From: Vicugna vicugna
Lineage: Eukaryota
DNA length: 64,000 nt
Assembly (NCBI GenBank): GCA_013265495.1
Contig: MU057801.1
Location: 1,543,879 to 1,607,878 of the forward strand
Direction: 5' to 3'
Below are positions 1 to 13,240 of this stretch, piece by piece (the stretch's first letter is position 1; every line of letters begins with the position of its first letter). Made by a program: the position numbers and the translations under genes. The notes beneath the pieces are model-generated. The model was not told the DNA's origin. It made no database searches and worked only from the letters and a program-made list of their open reading frames with translations.

Positions 1-883
1 AATCAAGGAAGGGTGTTTCAAGCACGTCTGAGTTTATGCACGGAGATTCACACCTGCCAAGCGAGGACAATACTCTCCCCACCGAAGTCCCCATCAGTGT
101 GACTCGAGGTGGCTTCTCCAGCAGCCATGTGCTCCTGCTCCCTCAGGGAGAGAGCCGATGTCTGAAAGTCTGGCTTCTGAGAACGGCACCCCAAAAACTC
201 TCAGCTCGGATGCTTAGGGGCCACACAGAGGGCTTCCAAGTCAGGTGTGAGTGTGCGTGGCTGGTGGTGCGGATCCGCAGGGACGGACAGTTAAGGGCAG
301 TCAACGGGGAGGCGCGCTGGGGCAGGGTCCGGGCGTGGACCGGCCAGCCGGCGTCACGGTGGACCAGGCACTCGAAACCCAGGACTCTGCAGCTGCAGGA
401 ACACAGACCAGAGGTCAGCAAGCCATGCAGAATCAGGACATGCCTGCAGTTAGGGCTTACACACTTTGACAAGTAGCTGTCAAAAATGTCGAAGTGGAGA
501 AGATACAGAGAAAAGACTTAAAGACCAGGAAACCAGAAAAAGTTGATGTAGATGGTTCGCTTCTACTTGGGAACCGGGCCTGAGGCCGGGGCCAGGGCTG
601 GGGGAGGGGAGCTGCAGGCTGCAGCGCATTCTGGGAGGAGGCTGGGAGCCGGGCCTGCTTCCCGACCGAACCCCAGCAGGAGAGCCGGGGTTATGGGGCG
701 GCTGTTACGAGGGACGGAGGGGCCTGCATTTCAGCCTCAAGCTCAGAGGGGGAGCGTTAGGGGCGCAAAGCGGTGTCTTTGAGCTATTGCCCTGAGTCCC
801 GGCAAAAGGAACGAATGCAAGGAAGCTGCTGGCAAAGGAGTGGAGGGTGACAGCCACCTGACTGGGGTGTCAGCTTGGAACCT

Positions 884-927
884 GTGTGTGTTCACGTGTG
901 TGTGTGTGTGTGCGTGCGCGTGCACGT
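884..927. repeat. (TG)n/(TGCG) microsatellite
   Basis: gtgtgtg...tgtgtgtgtgtgcgtgcgcgtgcacgt read directly. Confidence 0.85.
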
Positions 928-2298
928 ATGGTGATGACCATAACTGGGAAGCCAGCTTGGAAAGACTTGGCTTTATCCACGTCCAGGGAGTTTGGGAACG
1001 AGTCTTCTGTCTTGGCCAGGAGGCAAAAGAAAAATGCAACTAGGAAAGGTTACTTTCAAGGGCCGGATTTAAAGAGTTGCTGTTTTGGAGAAAACCGAGA
1101 GAGAATTCTGAAAGCTTGGAAGAGCCAAGATGGTCTGAAGGGCGGTCTCTGACTTGTCTCTTTGTTTCTTAGTACTTCCTCTCATACAATTAAATTGTTT
1201 TTTGCCCTAAAAAGGTCACCAGGTGTTTGTTGGGACATTGGTTTTGTAAGAAATGCATCAAAGGACACTGAAAAAAAAAACCCTCTAAATTTGTGGTCTT
1301 TGAAAGTGGAATTCTTCAGAAGTTTCACCTGCTTCCAAAATGCTAAGATTCATACATTTTCACAACCTGCAAAATACGACACTATCGATAAGATGTTGTT
1401 TGTGCTGGGAAATCTCAACGGGAAAGACACGCACAGTGTCACAGAAGCTGGCCAAGATGTGCTCGAACAGATGAAAGCGGGAACAGAAGCACGTCGAAGG
1501 ATGGTTTGAATAACAACATATTGATAACAGATAATACAAACTTTTCTGATTAGGCTTCAGAAGAATCTGAATAGAAATGCATTGTTTGGAATGCGTACGC
1601 TTTGGTCTCAATAAAAATATCCGGTTGCAGAAATATTTCATGTGGTTTGAACTCGCCGGCCAAAAATTAAAAATTCATTGGTATACGCTAATAGATGTAA
1701 TTTTATATCTTGGAGGTGAGTGTAACGGCATAGGTTCTCTGTAATGGGACTGATTGGAAAATGATCTCTTGGAGAAAATTTATTGCTGGTCGTAAGATTT
1801 CTTTGGTTTAGGAAAATGCTGGGTTTAGTAAAATCTGTAGAACCAAATGAAAGTCAGCTTTAATAAAAATGTGGATCTGAGAATTGTGGTTTTGGGGAAG
1901 GGGGCATTTGATCCATTAAAATTGTATTGGTTCATTCTCCACGTTGCCTTTTCCTGAAACCCATCAGTTTGAAGCAGGAAGGAAGCCTCTGCCAGGCATC
2001 ACTCCAATAATGAAGGAGAGACCACAGTCATCGTTAAAACGAGTCTTATTCATCAGCAGCGACTTGCTCCCTCCAAGGTTCTCACAATGGAAAACGAAGC
2101 AGCTGATTTTGCTTTTGTGGAAGATGGCAAAACAGTCATTTTATTGTCGAGAATCGGCTCGGCACCAGAGAGCTGAGTGATGGAAACATATCTGCAGAAT
2201 TAGGTCATGCAGCTTCCCCCCGCCCCCCGCTCCCCGCATCTTCTGCACCGAGCTCCCCAGCGCTCTGTCCGGGCAAAGCTGGGCTGGAGCCCTAATGG

Positions 2299-2338
2299 GG
2301 ACTCTGCCACTCTCCTTGGACTCTGCCACTCTCCTTGG
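2299..2338. repeat. 19-bp tandem duplication
   Basis: ggactctgccactctcctt present twice in direct tandem. Confidence 0.9.
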
Positions 2339-2969
2339 GATCTCCTTAGATCCCACGGTCTAATTGACCTTATTGTTAGGAAATTGTTCATAAAATTAGG
2401 AAACTCAGAGTAAACAGAGAACTCAGGCAGAGCCTTCTCACAGAGGGTCACGTACATATGGAATGAGTTACCGCGGAAAGGGACTGGGGCGAAGTGCACA
2501 AATACATTCAAGAGCCTCGCAGGTTCCTTTCTACACGTGGGGGTGGGGAGGGGGAGACTAGCAGGAGTCAGATGCGTTTTGGAAGGTCAGGCAAATATGT
2601 CTTTAAGCTGGTGGACTATTCCCAAGGAAACGATGCTTTGCTGCATGTTCTCATCTGTTTGGGGCCAACGAAGGTGGCAGGGTTGGACTCCCAGTGACAA
2701 CTTTGATCCTGACACTGTCTCTGGGGTAAATGGTTTCCAGGGTAGAGGCTGGGCCGTCCCCTCCGCATCTGAGCAGAACAGATCGGCAGGAAGAGGGAGG
2801 GGTTTGTGATCTGAGAGCATCCCAGAAGCCCCGCACTGTCTTCAACTCTGTATTTCCATCTTGTTCTAAGCCAGGAAAGGGCTCTGCAGACTGTTGACCA
2901 GTCCTGTGGTAGGCTGGTTTCGTGGAAGACCTCATCGCCTTCTCAGGGCACCCAGGTCAGAATTCCGAG

Positions 2970-3194
2970 CGTATGGGTTTGCTCTGGCTGCGGTAACAAA
3001 AGGCACAGGCTGGGCAGTTAAAACAGCGGGAATCCATTCCCTCCCAGTAACAGAGGCTGGGCGTCCAAGGTCAAGATGCCGGCGGGTGGGTTTCTCCTGC
3101 GGCCTCTCTCCTTGGCCACCTCCTCCTGTGTCTTCGCATGGTCTTCCCTCTGCGTGTGTCTGTGTCCTGATCTCTTCTTCTTATAAGGACGCCA
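2970..3194 (-). mobile_element. MaLR LTR fragment (MLT1A-C-like)
   Basis: ggctgcggtaacaaa...ggctgggcgtccaaggtcaagatgccggc...tcttcttcttataaggacgcca matches the remembered reverse-complement MLT1 motif order. Confidence 0.75.
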
Positions 3195-3202
3195 TGTGAG
3201 GT

Positions 3203-3403
3203 TAAATGTCCATCAACAGCGGACTGGATAAAGAAGCCGTGGTGTATTTATACAGTGGAGCACTACTCAGCATAAAAAAGAATAAAATAATGCCATTTGC
3301 AGCAACATGGATGGACCTAGAGATCGTCATTCTAAGTGAAGTGGGCCAGGGAGAGAAAGAAAAATACCATATGAGATCACTTATCTGTGGAATCTAAAAA
3401 AAA
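3203..3403 (+). mobile_element. L1 fragment (ORF2 3' end)
   Basis: aataaaataatgccatttgcagcaacatggatggacctagag...ggaatctaaaaaaa; translates to KKNKIMPFAATWMDLEIVILSEV, typical of the L1 ORF2 end region. Confidence 0.92.
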
Positions 3404-5479
3404 GACAGCCGCTTCACTGACCTCCATCTTTCCTGCCTGCACTTTGGTTCCTGCCCTTGTGTTTTAAATTTGCCACAAAAGCGTGTACCTGCAAACTCCT
3501 GGGCTCCCCACCCTCAACCCCAGGAACAGCAGAATCCCAGCCCCTGCCCCCCACTCGCCTCCTCCTTCCTTCTCTCTCTCTCCCCGTGGCCTTGCTGTGT
3601 GGCCCGGACGTGCCGTGGGCCCTCCAGGATCTGCGAGTAATAAGCCTTGCCTTTCCAAAGGTCCCCGATGCTTGTTACTGAGGTGTGTCCTGCAATCATG
3701 ACAGACCCATGAGGGTGGCTTCTGCTGGGGGAACGTCCGTGAGGGCTCGCCCAGGTGGCCCTGCTCAGGTGAGCGCCCCAGGCATGCCCAGCCACAGCAT
3801 CCCCACTGACAGGCTGAGGCCAGCGCCAGGTAGCGGTGCTACACGTGCCAGTCCATCATTGCTGTTACTGTCCTCCCTTGAACTGGGACAAAAAGGCGTT
3901 CAGTGCTGGGGTTTCTCTTGAAATCAAGGGAAGCGCTGAGCGACCGGTCCAGGGGAGCAGACGCTGCCTCCCTTCCACTTCTCTTCCGTAGCCGGGGAGA
4001 GGCGGTGTCACCCAGAGAGGACGGGGGTCCCAGACTCAGTCGTGAGAACAGTTTGCCCATCTGGTGGAATCAGGAAGCAGCCAAAGTCCACACATTCCTG
4101 GTCACTTGAGACTTTCTGACTGTTTTACGTGCATCACAGTTGAGTGTAGATTAATCTGGGGAACATCACTGAGGCTTATTTCCAAGTGTCTCTAGACCAT
4201 TTTATAGCCCAAATCTTTTCCCGGAAGATGTCTCTGCCGTTGGGGCCCATTTCCCTCCGGCACTGGATGGAAACTTCTCCGGCTTCTGAAAGGGTCAGAG
4301 GAGTTTTCCTGTCCGATCACAGTGAGTGGGTTTTCTTGAACATGGACAGTAGTCCCTTAGCTTTGGTGTCGCCAGTGTGTTTTTTACACCCAGTACTAGA
4401 GAGTCAGATATTTGGAGAGTTGGTTCAAAGGAAATTTTCACTGGGATGGGGGACCACTGAATATAGCCATGAGCTGGATTTGCCTGTCTGCTACCAAGTG
4501 CGTCTCTATGAATTCAGGTCAAATGCTTCCTCCTCCAGCCTTGTAACATCTTATCTCATCATCCTAGGACCTCAGCGTGATCGTGATGCTAACAAACTCG
4601 GGAAACTGAACGCGGCCAAGGGCGATGCCCTTGTTTCTAGAAGCTTGAAGGAGGCAGCAGATCGGTCAGGAAGCGTGGACCTCGGATGTGTTGATTTGGT
4701 CCATCTCGCCCAGAAATGTTTGTTCAGATCCTGCCACGCCTGGCCCCAGGGTCAGCGTGGCTGTGGAGCTGCGTTCTTGCCACGGCTCTTTGGTTTTGAG
4801 GAACAGAGCACGATGCAGTGGGCTCTTCTATGGGGCAGGCATTATGGGAGGGCACAGCGACGGGGCCCAGTGGGAGCAGGCTCTGGGAACTGGGAACTGG
4901 GCAACTCACTCACGCACGTGCCTGGCTGGTGATGCCGGCTGGTGGCTGGAGTCTCAGTGGGACTGTGGCTGGGACACCTGACAGCAGGGCGGCTGGAGCC
5001 CAACGCGGTGACACGACCTTGGCAAACATTTGCTTGTCTATCCTCCACGCTGGGCCCTGGGGGAGTAGAGGGCCCCCCCATCTGCCAGTCCTCCTACCTA
5101 TGCCCCTCGTGAGGTGACTGTTTATTAGAGATGTACGCAGGTTCAGATAATGTCAGCTCTACTTAGAAGAACCATAATTTGAGAAGATAAAAAAGCCATT
5201 GCTGATGCTGATCTGAGAAAGGGCTGTGAGATGTATTCTCCTGTTTGCTTCTCTCGAACCCTCGATCGAGCAAACACCTCGGAGAGATGGCAGTGCTCCT
5301 CCACGTGGGCTACGCTGGTCACTGCGACGTGAAATGTGAGTCACAGGAGACACGCTGGCCCCCAAAGGTGTCTTCTGTATCCTTCTCTGGGTACGCAAAC
5401 CTGAGTTACATCAAACTGAAAGAACTGCTGAAATCCAGGCATTATGACAGGTCACTTAGCACCTGGGGTGTGAAACCAA

Positions 5480-5561
5480 GGTGTGCGGTGTGCGTGGTGT
5501 GTGAGTGTCTGAATGTGTGTGTGTTGTGTGTGTGTATCTGTGTGTCTGTGTGCGTATCCGC

Positions 5562-5592
<31 letters not shown>
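5480..5592. repeat. imperfect (TG)n microsatellite
   Basis: ~110 bp TG-rich run ending in a pure (TG)n tract. Confidence 0.9.
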
Positions 5593-8500
5593 AGCGGAGG
5601 CACAGGAGCTGTGCCCACTGACCGGCGGCCCGTGAAGAGGGCCGGGCGCCGAGACCCGACGCCGCACCCGCCGGGCTGCCCTTCAGCGGCCTGTGGACCG
5701 GCTGTAACGCGGACGCTGAAAGTTGCTCAGTCTTTTCTTTAAAGGGGAAAAAAAAGATGGCTGGCATCTCGGAAGGCTTTTTGAATTATTTGCTCTAAAA
5801 TCCTTTGGGTAAACAGATTAAACCCGGGTCTGAAATGAGAGCGGCTGTTTACTGCGTGGACGCTCTGTTCTGCCCGCTGTTTAAGGGCAAGCAGATTAGA
5901 GGCCGGAGCGTCTCTGAGAGGCTCTCCTAAGCAGAGCGTGCGGAATCCCCATTGTCCCTTCTGCGCCCCTCGTCCCCCCTCATTTAGGTTTTCTACGGCT
6001 TTCAAAAGACAGGAGAGAGGAAAAGTTCTCTTTTCTAACCAGCGAGGCTCCCAGGCAGGCAGTGGGGGGCGTGACTGCTGCTGTCTCAAAGGAGAAGAGA
6101 GAGGTGATGCGTCCCCGGTCCAGGGGACCCTGGCCCGGCAGGGAGCGCGGTGCTCGCTTCAGGGTCCCCCAGGATGCTTTTTCCTCCCCTGAGAGCTACA
6201 TGTAAAACATTACTCTATAAGAAAAAGGACAGTGCATCACTGGGCTTTCTGAGACTCTGCTGGTCCCGTGGGGTAGAACAGGGGCTGGGTGACATTAAGG
6301 GGCTGGCACTGAGGTCTACACGGGGCTGGCAGGCGTGTGGGAGTCTAGTTTCAGCCTTAATAAAGGCCATTTTTATAATTCTCAGCGGAGCAGTGAAGAC
6401 ATCCCTCCCTTCCCCCACTGCACCGGTTTCACAAATGCAGATGTGGCTTTTAAAGACGTCTGCCTGGCACTGTTAGAGTTCTGAAGCAAAGTGGTTCATT
6501 CTGACAGGGAAACAGAATCCCCCTCCCAGACCTGTTCCGCCTCCCCTCCCCCAACCCCGCAGTCCCGGGGAGCCGTGGGCGGAGAGGTCGGGGCTTTTCC
6601 AGAGCCGGCCGGGCAGCCCTTCCCAGGGCGTCCCACGCTGTCAGACTCCCGTGTTCATACCCACCTGCCCAGGAGAGGTCACACTTCTATAGATGTTCTT
6701 GACTCTGCCTCCAGATGAGATCATTTGCCACTTTGTGGGTTTCAGATGACTCGGTGGGGTGGGCAGGTGACATATTTACCTTCTCAGCAGCCTTTGGGCA
6801 CGACTGAAGCCGCTTAGGGTTTGGAAGTTAAAAACCTGGACTTGGTCCCAGCTTGGCCCCTTGTTCACTTATTCAGTCAACAAACACTGAAAGCGGCTGC
6901 GGTCCCGGTCCCCGCTGCGGAGTCGCGCGGGGAGTCCTCAGGGCTCCCGATCTCGGGGCCTCCCTCTAACGCTGCACTTTCCGTAGTGGAGACACAAGAA
7001 GCCATGGTGGAGGACCAGCTGTTAAACTGAGAAAATCCCCCATGATCTGCAGACGCTAACTACTGTGTGTAAAACAGGTAAACAGCCAGCTTATTCTGTG
7101 TAGCACAGGGAACCATATGCAACATCTTGCGATAACCTGTGATGAAAAGGAGCAGGAAAAGGAGTATGCGTGTGTGTCCATGCGTGCCTGAGACATGACG
7201 CTGTGCGCCAGAAACTGACACATGGTAAACGGACTAGATGGCAGTAAACACTAAATAAATAAAAAAAGGGGAAAAACCCCTCATGGATCAATACTTCTGC
7301 AAACTGCAGCAGAGCTCAGTTACTAGGAAAACGAAGCAAACAGCAAGGGCCTGCGGACGACAAGGCCCAGGTTGGTGCGTGTCAGATCCCACGAGCGTGA
7401 AGCCGCTCCATCAAAGCGGCCAAAGGCCTGCCCTCCACTTCTGCGCTCTCTCCTGCGGGCTGGGGAGCCTGAGAGCAGCGCCAGCTGCAGGGCCCCGCTC
7501 TGAGCATCCCTGGTCCAGGACATGGTGCGCGTGACCCTGGGAGGGCAGCGCCAGCTCGACCCCAGGACGTGGGTGTGACAGAGCTGCCCGGCGGTGGACC
7601 TGGACCTCCTCAGCAGGCGCCCCTCTCTCCTCCCCTGGCCAGAGCCCCACTCCTCACTGTGCACTCGCCACACCCCCTGCCTGGGAGCCGACCCCACGTC
7701 CGGGTCTGTGTGAGCCCACATGGTGCAGGAGGAGGCAGCTGATGGGGTCCCGCGTGGTGAGCTGCAAGGCAAGCTGGGCTGTGCGTCTCTGGGACGGTTC
7801 CCTTTGCTCTTCTGAGAGAGCTTCCAGGAGCTTCCTCCGTCTCTTTCCTGCTCTCTGGAGCCAGGAAGCATGAAGCCCAGATGGCTGGGCCCTGAGGAGA
7901 ACCGGCCTTCAGGTGGATGCTGGCTGCCCAAGAGGAGGGCAGAAAGGAAGTGGGTTCTTGAAAACACTGTTAATTGTCCCGGAAGCCCTGCAGTCATGTG
8001 GCCAAGTGTTCCTTTCTCATTCACCCAAACTTCCAAGGGCTAACCCTGTGCACAGGGTCGTTGTTAAGGCCAAAGAGAAGGATATTTTTACTATGTCTGA
8101 GCCAGGGATGATGTTAAAGATCCTTAGCGAGTCTAGCCCGGCCAGGGGCTCAGGCTGCAAGTCACCAGCGCTGCCCGCCTCAGGCCACCTGAAACCCTTG
8201 TCAACAGTTTTCATTTTTCGTTCTTCTCTCCTCGGAGGACAGGAGCAGCTCATGCGCATGCAGATGGCCCCTTATCCTGACCTGCATTCACTAGCAAGAT
8301 GCTAGGGTTCACCAAGCTGTCTTAATGCCTTCCCTCCTTAGACAGGACCTTGTGTTCCCCTTGTGACCGTGAGTGTCCTGGCAAGAGTGAGTGTGACGAG
8401 CTTCTTTGCTGTGGGGGCAGCCACGCAGGAGGATGGCGTTTCACTGTGGCCGGCGAGCCCCGGTCAGAACTGGAGGTGGGGCAGGTCTGCTTCAGCCTCC

Positions 8501-9532
8501 TTGCCTCTTCTGGTCCTTGCTTGTCTCAGGACTCTGCCTCCCCAGAAAAATATTCCATATTAAAGTTTGAGGGAACTTTACTTAATTTTAACTTATCCTT
8601 TTTTAGAGGAGAGTGTTTTTGCGTTGTAAGGGAGTCCAAGGGAGAAGCCTTGCTCTGCCCAAAGACTGGCAGGCAAGGGTCACTGATGGAGCCTGGCCGG
8701 TGCCTCGGACATGTCCGCCCACCCAGAATCTGACTCCAAGTCATCTCCTGGGAATCGGAGACACGGGAAAGCAGAAGCTGCGAAGAAAGAATGAGAGGAG
8801 ATGAAGGAAAGCGAGGAGCAGACGGAAATGCAAAGGAGAGGGATGAAGCAGCTGGAGAAGGGAACAGACTGCTGTTGGCGATGGTTTCGAACAAGACCGA
8901 GCAGCCTTACTCGGCTCTTGTCGCCGCAGGACCGTGCTTCTGGGAGCCAGGGGTTTTAATCAAAAGATAGAGTCAGTTTTACTTGAGCAAATGTATCTGA
9001 AAAGAGCTGAGATCAGTGTCACATCCCCTCTGCTTCCAGCTTGAGCAGCTCTGCAGCCCTGCCCTGGTCCCCAGCCCTTTCATGTACATTTGGATTTCCA
9101 ATTAACCAACAGATGTGGGAGGAAGACTGCTGGCCCGGCCAGAGAGGTCCCGTATGACCACACGTGTGCAAATACGGAGGCTCACAAATCATTGGGGCCG
9201 GCTCAGCTGTCGCTCACGTGACCCCCTCCGCTGCCTGCATCCCTTGGCAGGGAGACTTTGTGACGGGGACGGAGCCGGGGCCGGCAGGAGCGCGCAGAGA
9301 TTTGACTGTCGGGATGAGCTTGATCATTATACTGCCTCGAATTTCTCTTTCTCACAAAACTTGAGGAGCAGGAACACTGTCTGGGAGACTGTAACAGAAA
9401 GTATATTCCTCCACGGACTTACAGCAGCGTGATCAACAAAGAATAAAAGGGGCTGTCAGACCCCGATGCGATGGGTTTGGGTAAAGCGGTTTACCTGCCT
9501 CCGAACAGAGTTCTCCTCTAGTTGTGTTAGAC

Positions 9533-9563
<31 letters not shown>

Positions 9564-9575
9564 TTTTTTTTTTTT
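9533..9575. repeat. poly-T tract, ac(T)25ac(T)16
   Basis: read directly. Confidence 0.9.
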
Positions 9576-10084
9576 ACGTTTCCAAAGATCAAGGAAGAGG
9601 TTCATGAATTTCTGGAACATCAAACAGCTCTCAAAAATGTCAACAGCATCAGTGTAAAACTAATAAAAATACGGCACAGATTTAGCACTTGTATGTAAAG
9701 GAAATATAAAAACCGGGAAAGAGAAGCATATGGAAAAGCATGTTTGGGGTTCGAGTAGGTCAACCCCACCTATTACTGCAAACAAGAACCAGAGCGTTTC
9801 TGGTGGGAATGTCGGGAAAAGATGATTGACCTGAGAAAAAAGTGACAGTGCCCCCTCCCCGCCCCGCCCCGCGCCTTTTGCTCGGACAACGCTGAACTTG
9901 AAAATGGACTTCGGCTTTGGCCAGCGCCTCTGGCAGTCTGAGCAGGGAAGGGTTGCAGACCTTAATTTCTTTCCCAGCCTCCAGCAGGGAGGCAAGCCCG
10001 CTCTGGCGTGGAGTCAGTGTCCCCGCCGGCCCGTCCAAGAGGAATTGGGATGGGCGTGCGTTTGGGAACAGATGTCTGGGAGCC

Positions 10085-10215
10085 TTTGAGGAGCTATCAC
10101 CCGCCTCTGAACCTCAATTTCTGCATAGAGAACGTGGGGCCAAAAAACCCTTGCTCACCGGTTTCTTGGGAGCGTTCAGTGACATAACACATGGAAAGTG
10201 CCTGCACACAGGTGA
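10085..10215 (+). mobile_element. MIR SINE fragment
   Basis: cctctgaacctcaatttctgcat...gacataacacatggaaagtgcctgcacaca resembles the MIR core and 3' part. Confidence 0.6.
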
Positions 10216-10224
10216 CGCCTAGGC

Positions 10225-10427
10225 CAGCCCCGTCCAGCGGAACTTTCTGCGACCAAAGATGTGTTTCATGTTCCGGGCTGTCCGACAGAGCAGCCTCCAG
10301 CCTCGTGGGCCCATCGGGCACTTGAAATGTGACTAGCACTTCCAAGGAAATCAGTTTTCAATTTTATTTAATTTTAAATAATTAAAGAGTCACGTGTGAC
10401 CAGCGGCTGCTGTGTCGGGGGGTGTGG
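10225..10427 (+). mobile_element. MER3 (hAT-Charlie non-autonomous DNA transposon), near full length
   Basis: cagccccgtccagcggaactttctgcga...gcacttgaaatgtgactag...ttttcaattttatttaattttaaataattaaa...cacgtgtgaccagcggct follows the MER3 consensus layout. Confidence 0.8.
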
Positions 10428-12539
10428 CTCTGGACAGCACGGCGCATGTTGATGATAACGAGGACTGTCTTGGTTTCCTTTCCTCAGATTGGAGTCTCAA
10501 ACCTGTGATGGGGTCAGCTTGGAGTCCGGTTGTTCTTTGGTTTCACCTTCTCCCAACCAGGCCTGCGGAGCCGTCAGGGAGAAGCAGGCGTTCCGCGTGC
10601 GGAACCTACCATTCCTTCCTTTGGGTCTGGTCGGCTTCTGTCTCCGTGGCAACTCATCCCTTTCGGAATGTTTCTTTTATAACCCAAAACTGATGGTCAT
10701 AGGACTGGCTGGAGTTCAAGATGGCCCAGTACTTACAGCGGCCACAAGGTCTCCGCATGCCGTCACAGATAATGAGGTAGAAGGGGATACTCTGATTGAG
10801 TTCAAGGATCATCGGAACATCCTGTGGACTTGAGAACGTTTCCCGAGGAGGGAGGCACTGAGGAGCGGCCCGACGCGCGTAAGGGGCTTTCCTTGAAGGC
10901 TGTCAGCCGAATGCATGGGCAGGACACCTATGATTAAGGTCCTCACAAGAGAAATGTGACCGATTGGTGCCACTGAAGGATGACTGTGACTGGAACTTTC
11001 TTCCTCTTTGCATATCTGAAAATTTCCTTAAATTTTGGCAAAGGGAACCTTCAAGGGGATTTATTAGTTCTCTTCTACTCGTATTTCCTAATCTTCCAAA
11101 TGTGCCAAGTGGCACAAGCGCCTTGGCCTCTGAGGGATCCAGCGGTTTCTCTCCAAGTGCACAGGGCGTACACATGGGGCTCCTGCTCAAAGTGGCTGTA
11201 ACAGCATCCTTGCTTCATGCAACCTCCCCTCTCCAGAAAGCTGTTACATCTGGTCCTTTCAAATGCACAGTGAAGAGAGGCTCCTGAGGAACAAGACAAG
11301 ACGCCCAAGGTCACGGGACGCATCACAGCTGGGCATCTGAGTAACTAAAAGGTGAGACGCACTTGTTGGCCAGGGTTGATGTAATAACCCAGCTACTGGG
11401 GACAGAAGGTGAACCACTTGGTAAAAGAACCAGGAACACAGCTGGAAGGGAGAAGAAGAAGAAGACAGATGGGGCACAAGACGGGAGCACTGGGGAGCAG
11501 AGACAGTGGTGGGGGTCTTGGCACTGGGTGGGCTCCAGCTTCTTCCAACCAGCGAAGAGGAGCCCATCAGGAGGCACGGGGAATCGCCACCCAGGAGCCA
11601 ACATCTTTCCTTTCGGCCTGGCCATCCAGAAAAGCAGGAAGGAGGGGGAGGCGGCTGGGTGCTACAAAAGCGTCACAGGACATGGGAAAGTGACCAAGGC
11701 GGGTGGGCAGACCCCCCTGGGGTTCCAGCTCTATTGCACCATGCTTCCTAAGTGATGACAAGAGAAGCTCCGTGAACATTCATGCTGATGATACTATTTT
11801 GGGCTTGTGTTCATTTTAATCCAAGTGCTATTCTGGTCATGTCCGTTTTATTTTCCATTTATAGAGATTGCCTCAATTATTTATTTTTTGTATTGGATAC
11901 GTTGATGTATTTTTCTAAACTGCCTCCTGTTTAGAGTCCGTATATCTGTTAAACTTAGAATTTGACACTTTCAATCCACAGAGCACCATTTTGTACATTT
12001 AGAGTGAAGAATCGTATTTAATATTCTCTGCTTCTGAAAGCAGATAATTATGTCTTATTTTAACAGATAGCCATGAAATGGTTACTTTTTTAAACTTGAG
12101 ACTCTGTAGAGCTAGACTTGAGTTACCCAGTTATCTGGACAATTCAGGCCCACGGGACAGCTGGTCCCCAGCGGTCTCAGAGCAGATGTCACTGAATTTA
12201 CAAATACGGTGTCCTGCTCTGTTTCTGCCTTCTCTCCAAGTTTGAGGATGTAAATGGTGCTCATTTAAGATGCAATTCAGGTTTAAAGGGTAGCAGTTTA
12301 GCCAGCTTAGATCATAGCTGGACTCGAGCAGACAGCTCTAAGGATGTCAATGCATTTGACCTGACCCAATCCTAGATTTAGTCTAATCCTCAGTCTAATG
12401 TCCTTGGTCCCCACACCTGACATGCTCCCTGACCGCCTGCCACTAAAGCTGGGTGATGTTTGGGGCTGATCTCCCCTGCAACTTCAGAAGACAAAGGCCT
12501 CCTTCAAAGCTACCGTGAAAGACTTTGTAGTTTTCCACG

Positions 12540-12730
12540 TCTGTTAGTCTGCTCCGACTGCCATAACCAAATCCCATAGACTGGGTGGCTTGAGCAACAG
12601 ACATTTATTTTCTCACAGTTCTGGAGGCTGGGAAGTTCAAGGTCAAAGTGGCAAGCAATTTGGTTTCTTACGAGGTCTCTTCCTGGCGTGGAGATGGCAG
12701 CCCTCCAGACAGACGTCCTCACATAGCAGT
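12540..12730 (-). mobile_element. MaLR LTR fragment (MLT1A-like)
   Basis: gactgggtggcttgagcaacagacatttattttctcacagttctggaggctgggaagttcaaggtcaa is a diagnostic MLT1 stretch. Confidence 0.88.
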
Positions 12731-12999
12731 TTTCCTCTTTGCAAACTTACCCCATTTACTTTTTTTTTGCTGTTCTTAGTATATGTTATTTTTTAAATAA
12801 AAAGTAGCTATTTCTCATCACAAAAGCAATCTGTATTCATTATAAACATTAGCAAAATAGATAAAGATGAAATATGCTGCTCGGGCCGGAAATAAACACC
12901 TTGAAATGTGTAATATTTATCTTTCCATTCTTCCTTTCTTCTTCTTCTTCTTTTTTTGGGGGGGCATCTTGTGATCTTTTTTTGGCAACAGTCTCTCCC

Positions 13000-13240
13000 A
13001 GCCCACAGGTTCTTCTCACACTTTGTCCTTGACGCCCATCTCCTTAGGAGGTGGGGTCTACGTCCCTTCCCTTGAAAGCGGGCAGAATCTGTGCCCCCGG
13101 GACCAACACAGTACAGCGGCAGCGGCGCCCCGTGACTCCAGACGGGGCCACGACGCCTCGCGCCTTCACATCTTGTTTGCTGGGCCGCTCAGCCCGGAAC
13201 CGGCTCCAGGCCGTGAGGGCGCCCAGCCGGCGCAGCGGGG
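13000..13240 (+). mobile_element. MaLR LTR fragment (MLT1F/G/H-like), GC-shifted
   Basis: ggaggtggggtctacgtcccttcccttgaaagcgggcag...gaccaacacagtacagcggcag...ccgtgagggcgcccagc parallels MLT1F-H consensus motifs. Confidence 0.6.

Noticed and set aside
4186..4932. 248-aa ORF, the longest in the track
   Set aside because: GTG start, no recognisable domain, no convincing exon boundaries; consistent with a chance ORF
7323..8036. 237-aa minus-strand ORF
   Set aside because: Non-ATG start and Ser/Gly/Arg/Pro-rich composition typical of GC-rich non-coding DNA
8760..8870. Purine-rich stretch resembling a charged coiled-coil exon
   Set aside because: No good flanking splice sites and no recognisable peptide
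10737..10821. Possible 85-nt minus-strand exon (ccacag| ... |gtaagt)
   Set aside because: Weak polypyrimidine tract, no partner exon, unrecognised peptide
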